Below the pieces are notes generated by a model, which saw only the letters and a list, made by a program, of their open reading frames with translations, searched no databases and was not told where the DNA came from. Below are positions 31,317 through 42,378 of a DNA stretch of 64,000 nucleotides, piece by piece. Made by a program: the position numbers and the translations under genes. Positions within the stretch are counted from its first letter, which is position 1, and every line of letters starts with the position of its first letter. Source of the stretch: Patescibacteria group bacterium (GTDB taxonomy: Bacteria > Patescibacteriota > Minisyncoccia > Phycocordibacterales > UBA9973). The stretch covers positions 49,531 through 113,530 of the forward strand of contig JAGWLB010000002.1 in assembly GCA_028865035.1 (NCBI GenBank), in the 5' to 3' direction.

Positions 31317-31661
31317 AAGATATGAAAAACACCTTGTCCAAAGCAAGGTGTTTTTCATATCTACCAGATCAATTTTAGTAAATTCAAATTTCTATTATTT
31401 GAAAATTATTAAAATTAGTTTTTTATATAAATAACTTTTTATTTTTTTATTTACAAAAATTTTTTAAAAATTTAACAACATTTTTTTTACAAAAAAATAA
31501 AAAGTTATCCACACTTTTTTTGTAAAAAGTATTGCAGTAAGAGTTTATATGTAAGATAATATATGTATGAGTGTGATTAATTTTTTTACAAAATTTTTTT
31601 AAAAATTTTGTAAGGTCGTGAAATCATACATCTTTTAAAAATAATTAATTTTTTAAACAAT

Positions 31662-31763
31662 ATGGCAGCTAAAAAAAAGGCTAAAAAAAAGACTGTTAAA
31701 AAAGTAGCTAAGAAAAAGGCAGTTAAAAAAACAGCTAAGAAAGCAAAAAAAGGTAAGAAATAA
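31662..31763 (+). CDS. 33-aa Lys/Ala-rich histone-H1-like protein
   Basis: MAAKKKAKKKTVKKVAKKKAVKKTAKKAKKGKK; own terminator; below the ORF-track cutoff. Confidence 0.8.
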   Translation: MAAKKKAKKKTVKKVAKKKAVKKTAKKAKKGKK

Positions 31764-31830
31764 TTTTACCAAATTATAAAAAATCCCCTCTCTATCGGGG
31801 ATTTTTTATTTATGTTAGAATGTTAAAACT

Positions 31831-34335
31831 ATGAGTATATTAAAGGGAATATTCGGTACAGAGAATGATCGAATGATCAAGAAATGGCAACCGTTAGTCA
31901 ATAAAATAAATAATCTTGAGCCAGAAATGAAAAAGCTTGAAGATGGTGACTTTGTTAAACAGACAGAGCTTCTTCGTTCTAGGATTGCAAAAGGGGAAAC
32001 ATTAGATGATGTTTTACCAGAAGCTTTCGCTTTAGTGAGAGAAGCATCATTAAGAATTCAAAATCAACGTCATTATGATGTTCAAATTATAGGAGGTATA
32101 GCTCTACATATGGGTAACATCGCTGAGATGCGTACTGGTGAAGGAAAGACATTAGTAGCAACTTCACCAGCTTATTTGAATGCACTTACGGGCAAGGGTG
32201 TCCACATTGTTACAGTTAATGATTACTTGTCACGCCGTGACGGTGTTTGGATGGGTCCTATATATGCAATGTTAGGTATGTCAGTTGGTGTTGTTAATTC
32301 TTTAAATACTTCTTTTGTGTATGATCCATCACATAAATCTCCAGATAAAGAAAGTGATGACGATACAAGTTCATTCAAAGTTCAATACGAATTCCTTAGA
32401 CCTTGTAGTAGAGCTGAAGCTTATGCTTGTGATATTACATATGGTACAAATAACGAATTTGGTTTCGATTTTTTGAGGGATAATCTGGCAAATAATGTAG
32501 GTGAAATTGTTCAACGTGGCCACAACTATAGTATTGTTGATGAGGTTGACTCTATATTAATAGATGAATCTCGTACTCCACTTATTATATCGTCACAAAC
32601 AGAAGATTCTGAGGATTTATATTATACTTTTGCAAAAATTGCTAAACAGTTAAATCTTGAAGAAGATTACACTGTTGACGAGAAGCTTAAGGCAATTTCA
32701 CTTACTGATGCAGGTATAACTAAAGCAGAGTCGTTATTGGGTATCTCTGATATTTATACCCAAAAGGGTATTAAATATGTTCATCATCTAGAGACTGCCG
32801 TCAGAGCGCGTGCTTTATATGAAAATAATAAAGATTATGTCGTGAAAGATGGAGAAGTTGTTATTGTTGATTCTTTCACAGGAAGATTACAGCCAGGTAG
32901 ACGATGGAGTGAAGGTCTTCATCAAGCTATTGAAGCAAAGGAAGGTGTAAAAATTGAGAAGGAAACTCGAGCTGTAGCCTCTATAACATTCCAGAATTAT
33001 TTTAGATTCTACGATAAACTTTCAGGTATGACAGGTACCGCTGAAACCTCAAAAGAAGAATTTTTAAAGGTTTATGGTCTTGACGTGGTTGTGATTCCCA
33101 CACACAGAACTATAAATAGAATTGACCACAATGATTTAATATATCAGACAGAGAAAGGTAAATTAGAAGCAGTTGCCAGTAGAGTGAAAGAGTTGAACAA
33201 GGCTGGTCAACCGGTTTTGATTGGTACGGTTTCCATTGAAAAAAATGAACTTTTATCTGCATATCTTACTAGTGCTGGTGTGCCCCATACAGTGCTAAAT
33301 GCTAAAAATCACGAACGCGAAGGTGAGATCATAGCTAATGCAGGACGCAAAGGTGCTGTTACTGTGGCTACAAATATGGCAGGACGCGGAGTTGATATCA
33401 AACTAGGCGGAGTACCATTTGATACTAAGCATTACGATGAAGTTAAATCACTTGGTGGTTTATTTGTCCTTGGTACCGAACGACACGAAGCCCGTCGTAT
33501 CGATAACCAGTTACGAGGTCGTTCTGGACGTCAGGGTGATCCCGGAGAAACTCAGTTCTATGTTTCTTTAGAAGATGATTTAATGCGTATTTTCGGTTCA
33601 GATCGTATTAAGAAAATGATGGGTCGTTTTGGTATACCAGAAGATCAGCCAATAGAGAATCGATTCATCTCTAATACTTTAGAAAATGCTCAAGCAAAAA
33701 TAGAAGGTTTTCATTTTGATTCTCGTAAGCATACTCTTGAATACGATAATGTAATGAATCACCAACGTAAAATTATCTATGATCGTAGACGCGTAATGCT
33801 AAAGGGTAGTTTTGATGATCTAAATAAATTCTTAGACGAATTGGCAGAAATTTATCCAGATTTAAAGGAAGTAATAATAGAGAAAAAGGCAGCATTTGGA
33901 GATAATGCTTTCTTTGAGACCGTTCGTCGTATTGCACTTTATACTACAGATACTCTATGGGTGGAACATTTAGAGACTATGGAATATACTATGTCTTCTG
34001 TTAATCTTAGAGCCTATGGTCAAAGAGAACCTTTAATTGAATATAAAAAGGAAGGTTTGCGTTTATTTAAGGAAATGGAGGCCTTGTTTAAGGAACAAGT
34101 AGCTTCTTTGATAAGAACTATGAACGTAGAAGGCACTGATAGACCGATAGAAGTGATAGCTGAGCAACCTGCTTTGATTTTGAGCTCTTCTGGGAGTGAA
34201 GGGGATGCATCTAATTCAAATATAAACAAATCAAGCACTCAAACTATATCAAAAAATGAACCCAAAACCGGACGTAATGACCCCTGCTATTGTGGATCTG
34301 GCAAGAAGTATAAGCATTGTCACGGAAAAGAGTAA
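31831..34335 (+). CDS. secA: Preprotein translocase SecA
   Basis: MRTGEGKT, DEVDSILIDE, ATNMAGRG, QLRGRSGRQGDPG, SEC-C motif. Confidence 0.99.
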   Translation: MSILKGIFGTENDRMIKKWQPLVNKINNLEPEMKKLEDGDFVKQTELLRSRIAKGETLDDVLPEAFALVREASLRIQNQRHYDVQIIGGIALHMGNIAEMRTGEGKTLVATSPAYLNALTGKGVHIVTVNDYLSRRDGVWMGPIYAMLGMSVGVVNSLNTSFVYDPSHKSPDKESDDDTSSFKVQYEFLRPCSRAEAYACDITYGTNNEFGFDFLRDNLANNVGEIVQRGHNYSIVDEVDSILIDESRTPLIISSQTEDSEDLYYTFAKIAKQLNLEEDYTVDEKLKAISLTDAGITKAESLLGISDIYTQKGIKYVHHLETAVRARALYENNKDYVVKDGEVVIVDSFTGRLQPGRRWSEGLHQAIEAKEGVKIEKETRAVASITFQNYFRFYDKLSGMTGTAETSKEEFLKVYGLDVVVIPTHRTINRIDHNDLIYQTEKGKLEAVASRVKELNKAGQPVLIGTVSIEKNELLSAYLTSAGVPHTVLNAKNHEREGEIIANAGRKGAVTVATNMAGRGVDIKLGGVPFDTKHYDEVKSLGGLFVLGTERHEARRIDNQLRGRSGRQGDPGETQFYVSLEDDLMRIFGSDRIKKMMGRFGIPEDQPIENRFISNTLENAQAKIEGFHFDSRKHTLEYDNVMNHQRKIIYDRRRVMLKGSFDDLNKFLDELAEIYPDLKEVIIEKKAAFGDNAFFETVRRIALYTTDTLWVEHLETMEYTMSSVNLRAYGQREPLIEYKKEGLRLFKEMEALFKEQVASLIRTMNVEGTDRPIEVIAEQPALILSSSGSEGDASNSNINKSSTQTISKNEPKTGRNDPCYCGSGKKYKHCHGKE

Positions 34336-34677
34336 ATAGTAAATATACTGTAAATATAACGATTTTTATGATATATTTTCAGTAATATGTCAATAAATCC
34401 AAACTATCCTTGTTTTACAAGCTAATTATGAAACAAAAAGACTAGTTTTGTCAAATACCAAAACGTAAAATACCCTTATAAATAAGGGTATTTTACGTTT
34501 GACGACAAGAAAAACAGTGGTATAACTATTGACTTTTCAAACGCTTCGTGATATTATCCTTGTAGGTCCAAGTATGTTGTCAGTGTGATGATGTATATGG
34601 GCTTTTTAATTTAGCTAATCATTTATTAATAAATGATTAATACCACCATGGTGTTTGGCGAAGCATAATCGCCAATT

Positions 34678-35253
34678 ATGAATAAACAAAAATTAACATG
34701 GTTCCTACAGTCATTTGTTGCTATTCCAATGGTTATAGCGACATCACCACTTACGAGTCTAACACCTTCAGTAAGTCCGACAGTAGCTCCAAGTCATATA
34801 ATAGCTCCGAATGAAGCTTCTGTGATAACAACACAAGAAACCAAAATTCGTGAAAAGCATGCTGAAGAAATTGATAAATTTCTAGCAAGCTATCATTCTC
34901 CTCTAACGGGGTTGGGTATGAAATTTGTTACCGAAGCCGAGAAGAATAATATTGATTATCGTCTTCTTGTAGCCATAGCTGGCCGTGAATCTACTTTTGG
35001 TTTGAATTCATGTAAAGGTGCAACAAACAGTTTCCTGGGTTATGGTTCATGTAAAATTAACTTTAAATCACCAGAAGAAGCTATCGAACGTGTATCTGCA
35101 AGTTTGGGTGGTAATAATGAAAATACTAAAATCCACTATGCAGGCAAGAACACTGTACAGATCCTTAGAAATTATAACTCAATCATCCCTAATTATCCTG
35201 AAGAAGTGATTGAAATAATGAAAAGTATTGATAATACAGAAAAGATAGCATAA
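34678..35253 (+). CDS. Secreted lysozyme-like (glucosaminidase/transglycosylase-type) protein
   Basis: N-terminal hydrophobic segment; 'IDYRLLVAIAGRESTFG' catalytic-Glu motif. Confidence 0.65.
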   Translation: MNKQKLTWFLQSFVAIPMVIATSPLTSLTPSVSPTVAPSHIIAPNEASVITTQETKIREKHAEEIDKFLASYHSPLTGLGMKFVTEAEKNNIDYRLLVAIAGRESTFGLNSCKGATNSFLGYGSCKINFKSPEEAIERVSASLGGNNENTKIHYAGKNTVQILRNYNSIIPNYPEEVIEIMKSIDNTEKIA

Positions 35254-35279
35254 AAAATCCCCATCATTAGGGGGTTTTT

Positions 35280-38200
35280 TTATTGCAACTTTTTAAAGTT
35301 TTCGATAATTATGCTCTTCTCTCCATTTCTCTGGGTTACTTTTCCAGAAAGCGCAATAATATCATCTTTTATCAATAAACTCTTGGTTTGTTCGAATAAT
35401 TTATTAAAGACAACACAATCTATTGATCCTGAAGTATCTGATATTTTAATAAAGGCCATTAAATTATTACTTTTGGTATTTATAATTCTTACATCATTTA
35501 TAATAGCTGCAACAGTGACAGGCATTCCAACCTTTACTTCTTCTATTATTTTTTTAATTAGGACTCCAAATTTTTCAATTTTTTCTTTGTAGCTATCTAG
35601 TGGATGTCCTGATATATAAAGACCTAATAAATCTTTCTCCCAAGTTAACTTCTCATTCATAGTGGCTTCCTCTTGCTTCACTAGAGATAATTTTACTTCA
35701 GGTGTGCCAATATCACTAAAAAGTGAATTTTGAGAGGATACAATTTTAGATTCTTTATTAAATGCAAGTAAAGTTTCCAAGTTACCGATAATCATATTAC
35801 GGCTAGCTAAATCATCCATCGCACCTGATTTGGCTAACGCCTCAACTGATTTTTTGTTTAAATTTTTATGATTAATACGTTCAAAAAAATCAGTCAGTGA
35901 TTTGAATCGGCCTCTACCTACGGGTGGATTTTTTCGTTCTTCGATAATTGCATCTGCTATATCTTTACCTAAATTCTTAATAGTATATAACCCAAATCTT
36001 ATTGTCTGTCCCTCTGGTTTATCACTACCAACTACAACGGTAAAACCACCAAAGCTTTCATTGATGTTCGGAGGTAATACTTTAATATTCATTTTTTCAC
36101 ATTCGTGAACTATTTCAGCAACTTTATCAATATCACCAGATTCAGCTGTCATTATAGCTGTCATATATTCTACTGGGAAATTGGCTTTCATATATGCTGT
36201 CTGGTATGCAACACGTCCATAACTTGCAGAATGGGCTTTATTAAAACCATAAGCCGCGAATGGTTCTATTTGGTCCCATAATTGTACAGCTTTCTTATGT
36301 GGCCACTTACTGTGCTTTACACATCCATTAATGAAACGGTCCTTCTGCTCTGCCATTTCTTGAGGTATCTTTTTACCGACGGCTTTACGGAATTTATCTG
36401 CTTCACCCCAACTATAACCTGCAATATTGATGGCAATTAACAGAAGATCATCTTGGTAAACCAGCACACCGTATGTTTGTCTTAATATCGGTTCCAAACT
36501 ATCATCAAGATATTTTATTAATTTTTCATTGTATTTACGCTCTATATATAGTGGAATAAATTGCATAGGACCTGGTCTATACAGAGCCACCATAGCATTA
36601 ATATCATGTATAGTGTTGGGCTTTAATTCTTTTAGATAGTGAGTCATACCAGACCCATTTAATTGAAAAAGACCAATAGTTTCTCCTCTGGCTAACATTT
36701 CAAATGTCTTCTTGTCATCAAGGGGTATTTTATTAAGGTCGATGCTTATATTATGTATTGTTTTTACAAGCCTCACTGCATCTGCCAAAATTGCTAGATT
36801 TCTTATGCCAAGGAAATCAAATTTAGGTAAGCCTGCGTCTTCGATATTGTACATATCGTACTGAGTTATCATATTTCCACCTTTAGGATCGAATTGGATA
36901 GGGGAAAATTCATAAAGCGGTCGTGGTGCAATAACAATACCAGCAGCATGGACTGATATGTGGCGTACACAACCTTCCATTTTTTTAGCTAAATCAATTA
37001 TCTTTTTTGTATCAGCTTCCTTTTCATAAGCTTCTTTTAATTCAGGAACTATCTCCATAGCATAATCAATAGTCATAGCTGAACCCTGTGATCCAAGTGG
37101 AATCATACTAGAGATACGATCTCCTATAGTGTATGGGTATCCTAAAGCTCTAGCAACATCACGGACAGAACCCTTTGCCATCATTGTTCCAAATGTTCCG
37201 ATTTGTGCCACTCTATCTTCTCCGTATTTTTTCTTTGCATATTGAATCATCTCATCGCGTCTGTTATCTGCGAAGTCCATATCTATATCAGGTAATGATG
37301 GGCGTTCTGGGTTTAGGAAACGTTCAAAAGGAAGTTTGTATTCAAGTGGATCAATGTTTGTAATTCCAAGCAGATAAGTAGTGAGTGACCCTGCGACTGA
37401 TCCTCTAACATTAGTAAGAATACCATGATTGCGTGCATAAGTAAGAAGATCACCCACAACTAAAAAGTAAGTGGGATAACCTTTTTGTTTTATGATACCC
37501 ATTTCATATTCCAGACGATCGACATACTCTTTGGATTGCGGTAAATCTCTAAATTTAAATCCTTCATACGCAAGGCCCCGAAGGATTTCATCTGCAGTTG
37601 TACCTTCTGGGATAGGAAAATCAGGGAAGTAAGCCTTACCTAAATCAAGATCGTAAGTTTCGCATAAATTAGCTACTATTAATGTATTTTCAACTGCTTC
37701 TGGAATTTCTTTAAAATATTCTTTTGCTGTTTTTTCGTTAATAAGAGAAAAATCATCCTCGGAGAATTCAAATTTACCGTTAGTTCCATCACTTCCTGTA
37801 TTAACTTGAAGAAGAGTGTGATGAGCTTCATGGTCATCTGCACAAGGGTAATGTGAATCTTGAGCTGCGACAATGGGTATCTGCCATTTCTTGCCAAGTG
37901 CAATAATGCCATCACGGAGTTTCTTATCTCCATCTATATGTGGATGTGAATGTGCTTCAAGAAAATAATTCTCTTTACCAAAAATATCTTGATGCTCTTT
38001 CACAAGTTCATCTGCTCGTTCGAAGTTATCTGCTAATATAGCTTGAGAAAGCTGACTACCCATACATCCAGATAAACAGATAATACCCTCATGAAATTCT
38101 TTTAGAATTTCTTTATCCATACGAGGTTTATAGTAATATCCTTCAAGATTAGCAATAGTAACTAACCTCATTAGATTTTTATATCCTTGAATATTTTTAG

Positions 38201-38480
38201 CAAGTAATGTAAGGTGGTATCTTTTATTATCTATTCCAGGTTCTTTATCTTTTAGCCCACGTTCAGCAATATATGCTTCTACTCCTATGATTGGCTTAAT
38301 TCCAGCTTTGTTACACTTTTTATAGAATTCAATAGCTCCATACATATTACCGTGATCTGTGAGCGCTACAGCAGACATTTTGTGCTCTTTTGCTATGCGG
38401 ACAATGTCTTCTATTTTAGATAATCCATCTAGTAAAGAATAGTGTGAGTGGGTATGTAGATGAATAAATTTGGAGTCCAT
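35280..38480 (-). CDS. dnaE: DNA polymerase III alpha subunit
   Basis: HLHTHSHYSLLDG, FERFLNPER..LPDIDMDF, YGFNKAHS. Confidence 0.99.
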   Translation of the reverse strand: MDSKFIHLHTHSHYSLLDGLSKIEDIVRIAKEHKMSAVALTDHGNMYGAIEFYKKCNKAGIKPIIGVEAYIAERGLKDKEPGIDNKRYHLTLLAKNIQGYKNLMRLVTIANLEGYYYKPRMDKEILKEFHEGIICLSGCMGSQLSQAILADNFERADELVKEHQDIFGKENYFLEAHSHPHIDGDKKLRDGIIALGKKWQIPIVAAQDSHYPCADDHEAHHTLLQVNTGSDGTNGKFEFSEDDFSLINEKTAKEYFKEIPEAVENTLIVANLCETYDLDLGKAYFPDFPIPEGTTADEILRGLAYEGFKFRDLPQSKEYVDRLEYEMGIIKQKGYPTYFLVVGDLLTYARNHGILTNVRGSVAGSLTTYLLGITNIDPLEYKLPFERFLNPERPSLPDIDMDFADNRRDEMIQYAKKKYGEDRVAQIGTFGTMMAKGSVRDVARALGYPYTIGDRISSMIPLGSQGSAMTIDYAMEIVPELKEAYEKEADTKKIIDLAKKMEGCVRHISVHAAGIVIAPRPLYEFSPIQFDPKGGNMITQYDMYNIEDAGLPKFDFLGIRNLAILADAVRLVKTIHNISIDLNKIPLDDKKTFEMLARGETIGLFQLNGSGMTHYLKELKPNTIHDINAMVALYRPGPMQFIPLYIERKYNEKLIKYLDDSLEPILRQTYGVLVYQDDLLLIAINIAGYSWGEADKFRKAVGKKIPQEMAEQKDRFINGCVKHSKWPHKKAVQLWDQIEPFAAYGFNKAHSASYGRVAYQTAYMKANFPVEYMTAIMTAESGDIDKVAEIVHECEKMNIKVLPPNINESFGGFTVVVGSDKPEGQTIRFGLYTIKNLGKDIADAIIEERKNPPVGRGRFKSLTDFFERINHKNLNKKSVEALAKSGAMDDLASRNMIIGNLETLLAFNKESKIVSSQNSLFSDIGTPEVKLSLVKQEEATMNEKLTWEKDLLGLYISGHPLDSYKEKIEKFGVLIKKIIEEVKVGMPVTVAAIINDVRIINTKSNNLMAFIKISDTSGSIDCVVFNKLFEQTKSLLIKDDIIALSGKVTQRNGEKSIIIENFKKLQ

Positions 38481-38516
38481 TTCATCATTATAGCAAATAG
38501 GTTATGATAGCTCTAT

Positions 38517-39128
38517 ATGGACAAAAAGCCGAAATATATTGTTGGTATAGATGAAGTTGGACGTGGTCCAATAGCTGGACCAGTTGCTGTATGCTCTTTT
38601 ATTATAACTTTAAATAATTACGAATCTTTGATTAATAATGGGCAGAATGATTTAAAAATCAAAATAAAAGATTCTAAGAAATTAAGTAAAAAACAAAGAG
38701 AGAAGTGGTATGAATATCTGAAGAACGAAAAAAACAACGAAAGATGTAATTTTTTTGTTTCTTATGTATCAGCTGAAAATATAGATAAGTTTGGTATTGT
38801 TAAAGCAATAAATAAATCTTTAGAAACATCATTATTAAAAATCGTTTCAAACCCCAAAGACACTTTTGTTTATTTGGATGGGGGATTAAGAGCTCCAGAA
38901 CAATTTATTTATCAAGAAACAGTTATAAAAGGTGATGAGCTTCACCCTGTGATTTCATTTGCCTCAATTGTAGCTAAAGTTTCAAGAGATAAAGTTATGT
39001 ATAATTATTCGAAAGAATATCCAAAATATAGCTTTGAAAATCACGTTGGTTACGGTACAAAAGCCCACTACGAAGCAATTAAAAAGTATGGAGTATTAGA
39101 TATCCATAGAAAAAGTTTTCTAAATTAG
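38517..39128 (+). CDS. rnhB: Ribonuclease HII
   Basis: GIDEVGRGPIAGPV, DSKKL, KGD, ASIVAKV.RD, GYGT, HRKSF. Confidence 0.97.
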   Translation: MDKKPKYIVGIDEVGRGPIAGPVAVCSFIITLNNYESLINNGQNDLKIKIKDSKKLSKKQREKWYEYLKNEKNNERCNFFVSYVSAENIDKFGIVKAINKSLETSLLKIVSNPKDTFVYLDGGLRAPEQFIYQETVIKGDELHPVISFASIVAKVSRDKVMYNYSKEYPKYSFENHVGYGTKAHYEAIKKYGVLDIHRKSFLN

Positions 39129-39643
39129 AAGAAAAGGTGATAAATAAAGCCAACGATGGGATCAACATTTGGTCCATAAACTATAGCACCACCAAGGCCA
39201 CCTGTTATGGTTATGGCTATTAGTCCAATCAAAGCTAAGACAATCATAATAGTACTAGTCTTTAAAATATAGTTTGCAATATTAGAAATGCTTTTCCACA
39301 TATCACCAATTAAACTTTTGGAAAGTTGTTGATCTAATTCAGATTTTTTGATCCAAACTATTAAATAAATTAATGCAATAAATCCGAAAATTAGAGTAGA
39401 AGCCGCTGCAAAATTTGCATGCATATTTATAAGAGGTCTTAAATCAGCTTTAAGTAGATGTTCAGCATCGTCACCAGTACTAAGTGCTAAAAATGCAGTA
39501 AGGGTACCAGTAATAACTAGTATGGCTTTAACATGAAACCAATATACGGTATCTGCGAGTTTTTTATGCCTTATCAATTCTGCAATTGCATATAATGTCA
39601 TAAGGGCAATTGGGAAATGAACAAAAATAGGATGTATATTCAT
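39125..39643 (-). CDS. DUF2231-like membrane protein
   Basis: HPIFVHFPIA, TG..A, H, GG..VY. Confidence 0.8.
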   Translation of the reverse strand: MNIHPIFVHFPIALMTLYAIAELIRHKKLADTVYWFHVKAILVITGTLTAFLALSTGDDAEHLLKADLRPLINMHANFAAASTLIFGFIALIYLIVWIKKSELDQQLSKSLIGDMWKSISNIANYILKTSTIMIVLALIGLIAITITGGLGGAIVYGPNVDPIVGFIYHLFF

Positions 39644-39655
39644 ACGGATATTATA

Positions 39656-42229
39656 CTATTTTTTATATTTTCCTTCTAGCCATTTTTTAATATCATTTTT
39701 ATCTGACTTTAACCACGCTTCATTTGAATATACGCGCTCATAAACTTGTTCGAGTGTTCGTTCTGCTCCAGGAGCATTATTTTTCTTAAAGAATTTTTTT
39801 GCATCATTTACATCTTTTGCTTTTATGTGGTTACCAAGAGGTGATAAAAGACGAGAAAGGAAATGTCCACCCTCCCCATACTTTTTAAGAATAATCTCCC
39901 AATTTTTCTGCACATATTTCCAAGTAAGATCTCTTCCGTAAGAATTCTGCCACACAGCCCCTATTATGAATGGTGCATCTTGAGTGCGAACATCTTTTGA
40001 TAAAGCTAAGGTAAGTGTTTTAAGTAGAAGTTTCTCATTCTTGAAAGATGCCAAGGCGATACTATATCTATCTTTCTCTTCATGTAATTCTTCTTTTAAG
40101 AAAAGATTTTTAAATTGTTGGTAATCTTTTTCGTTACCATTTGCTGCGACTATACTATAGACTATAGTACGTAAATCTGAAGAAACATTATTTTTCTTTA
40201 TGTTTTTAAATAGATTTTGAGCTTTTTTAATTATCTTTGTATCACCATATTTTGCTGCTTGTGCTATAGAAAGATTACGTAAAAAAGTATCAGAATGATT
40301 TTCGTTTGATATTTTCTCAAAAGTCATTTTCTCTGCTAAAGGTGAAAAAAGTGATAATACATATGATTTATATAGGTCTTTCCATTTCTCTTCTGAAATT
40401 ATGTTATAAACTCTATTTATTCCATTAGCTAATTCAGACCAAACTATGTAATCCTTTTCATTTCTGTAGCAAAGTGAAAATTCAAGTGCATCAACTGTAG
40501 ATATATAACCACCCTCAGCCAGCGCAAATAAATCACGAATAATACCAAGTCGGTCACGTACATTCAGTGAGTTGGTTTTAATCTCATTTTTTAATTTTTC
40601 TAATGTTTCTTTATCGTATCTTGTACGTATGAATGAATTCTCACTTTTATTGATTTTTCCGATAGATGAACCAACAAGAGGCATTAATCTTTTGTTCGTA
40701 ATTATTTTTAATATTTTGTTGTCTGTTTCATATTGAAGGGGAATAGGCCAGATAGTTTTCTCTTTATCTATTTTTGCTGACAATCTGCTTGAGAAAAAGC
40801 GTTCTTGCTCTATAAAATATTTTCCTTTATTTTTTGTAAGTGTCACTAGTGGATACCCGGTTTGCCTTGTCCAAGATTTCATTATTTTTTTAATAGGTTT
40901 CTTGCTAATTTTTTCAAAAGCTTCCCAAAGATGTATTGTCTCTGTATTTTTATAGCTATGCTTCTTTAAGTAATAGCGCAAACCATCTCTAAATGTATTA
41001 TCACCAAGATATTCAGCGAGCTGGCGTATTACAGCTGAACCTTTTGCGTATGAAACCATATCGAAAATCTCGTTTATCTCATCTGGATGATTAACTGTAA
41101 CTTCTATTGGGTGTGAATTAGCAAGAGCGTCAAGACGTAGTGCTACTGCGTAACGATCTGCTAGATACAAATCCCAGACATGCCACTCTGGGAACATGTG
41201 ATCTGTACAATAATTTTCCATATATGAAGCAAATCCTTCATTGAGCCATAAATCTGTCCACCATTCCATAGTAACTAAGTTCCCAAACCATTGATGAGCA
41301 AGTTCGTGAGCTATTACAATAGCTACCCATTGTTTAGTTGAGAGCGATGAGTTTTCTTTATCTATAAGTATTGCAGTTTCTCTGAAGGTCACTGCTCCCC
41401 AGTTTTCCATTGCGGCACTCTCAAAATCTGGAATGGCAATCAGGTCAAGTACTGGAAGAGGGTACGGTATGTCAAAATAATTATTATAAAATTCTAACGA
41501 TTTGATTGCGACCTCAAGAGCAAACTCGGCTTGATGCTTTTTGCCTTTTGTCGTAAATACACGTACTTGGATTTTATCCTTTGTCATACCTTCGATGAAT
41601 TCGAACTCTCCTATAATAAATGCTAGTAGGTATGTAGACATACGAGGAGTAGAAGCGAACTCAACTATTTTATATCCAGCTTCGTGTTCTTGAATACTCA
41701 CAGGTAAAGTATTTGATATAGCTGTATGGTTACCAGGGATAATAAGCGATACATTAAAAGTAGCTTTATGTACTGGTTCGTCAAAACAAGGGAATGCACG
41801 TCTAGCATCCGTGGCCTCGAATTGAGTAGTCGCTATATGTTTAGTCTCTCCATCTATTACATATCTACTTCTGTAAAATCCTCTAAGTGAATCACTTATA
41901 ATACCTTCGAAAACAATAGAAAGTTTTGCTTTACCTTTTTTAATTAAATTTTTAAATGTGAATGTTACAGTTTCTGCTTTTGTATTATAAGAAATTTTAT
42001 TGGCATATTGTGATTGTTTACCTTGAGTTATTTCTACTGTAATTATCTTAATGTCTTTTGAATGTAGAGTAATAGATGATATAGATTTATCTATGTTAAT
42101 AGTAATAATTTCTTTACCAGTGAAAATAAATGATTCTATGTCAGGTTTTAATGTAAGGTTATAGTTGTCTGGTTTGATGTGAGTTACTAGACGAACTGAT
42201 TCCTTAGTTTTTTTATTCTTTTTATCCAT
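39656..42229 (-). CDS. M1 family aminopeptidase with ERAP1-like C-terminal domain
   Basis: TQFE..DARRAFPCFDEP, AMENWG, HELAHQWFGNLVT...LNEGFA. Confidence 0.96.
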   Translation of the reverse strand: MDKKNKKTKESVRLVTHIKPDNYNLTLKPDIESFIFTGKEIITINIDKSISSITLHSKDIKIITVEITQGKQSQYANKISYNTKAETVTFTFKNLIKKGKAKLSIVFEGIISDSLRGFYRSRYVIDGETKHIATTQFEATDARRAFPCFDEPVHKATFNVSLIIPGNHTAISNTLPVSIQEHEAGYKIVEFASTPRMSTYLLAFIIGEFEFIEGMTKDKIQVRVFTTKGKKHQAEFALEVAIKSLEFYNNYFDIPYPLPVLDLIAIPDFESAAMENWGAVTFRETAILIDKENSSLSTKQWVAIVIAHELAHQWFGNLVTMEWWTDLWLNEGFASYMENYCTDHMFPEWHVWDLYLADRYAVALRLDALANSHPIEVTVNHPDEINEIFDMVSYAKGSAVIRQLAEYLGDNTFRDGLRYYLKKHSYKNTETIHLWEAFEKISKKPIKKIMKSWTRQTGYPLVTLTKNKGKYFIEQERFFSSRLSAKIDKEKTIWPIPLQYETDNKILKIITNKRLMPLVGSSIGKINKSENSFIRTRYDKETLEKLKNEIKTNSLNVRDRLGIIRDLFALAEGGYISTVDALEFSLCYRNEKDYIVWSELANGINRVYNIISEEKWKDLYKSYVLSLFSPLAEKMTFEKISNENHSDTFLRNLSIAQAAKYGDTKIIKKAQNLFKNIKKNNVSSDLRTIVYSIVAANGNEKDYQQFKNLFLKEELHEEKDRYSIALASFKNEKLLLKTLTLALSKDVRTQDAPFIIGAVWQNSYGRDLTWKYVQKNWEIILKKYGEGGHFLSRLLSPLGNHIKAKDVNDAKKFFKKNNAPGAERTLEQVYERVYSNEAWLKSDKNDIKKWLEGKYKK

Positions 42230-42378
42230 ATTTCTAATTTTTTGTTTATATAAATTGCTATTATACTATTTTTGATAGCTGTTCCATAATTTTTATATAA
42301 AATACTTATATAACAAGGCTTATTTTATAATAGGGTATACACTTGACAAATAGCATATATATATGCTATAATACAGCA

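Noticed and set aside
31430-31620. oriC
   Set aside because: Only one clear DnaA box and no dnaA/dnaN nearby
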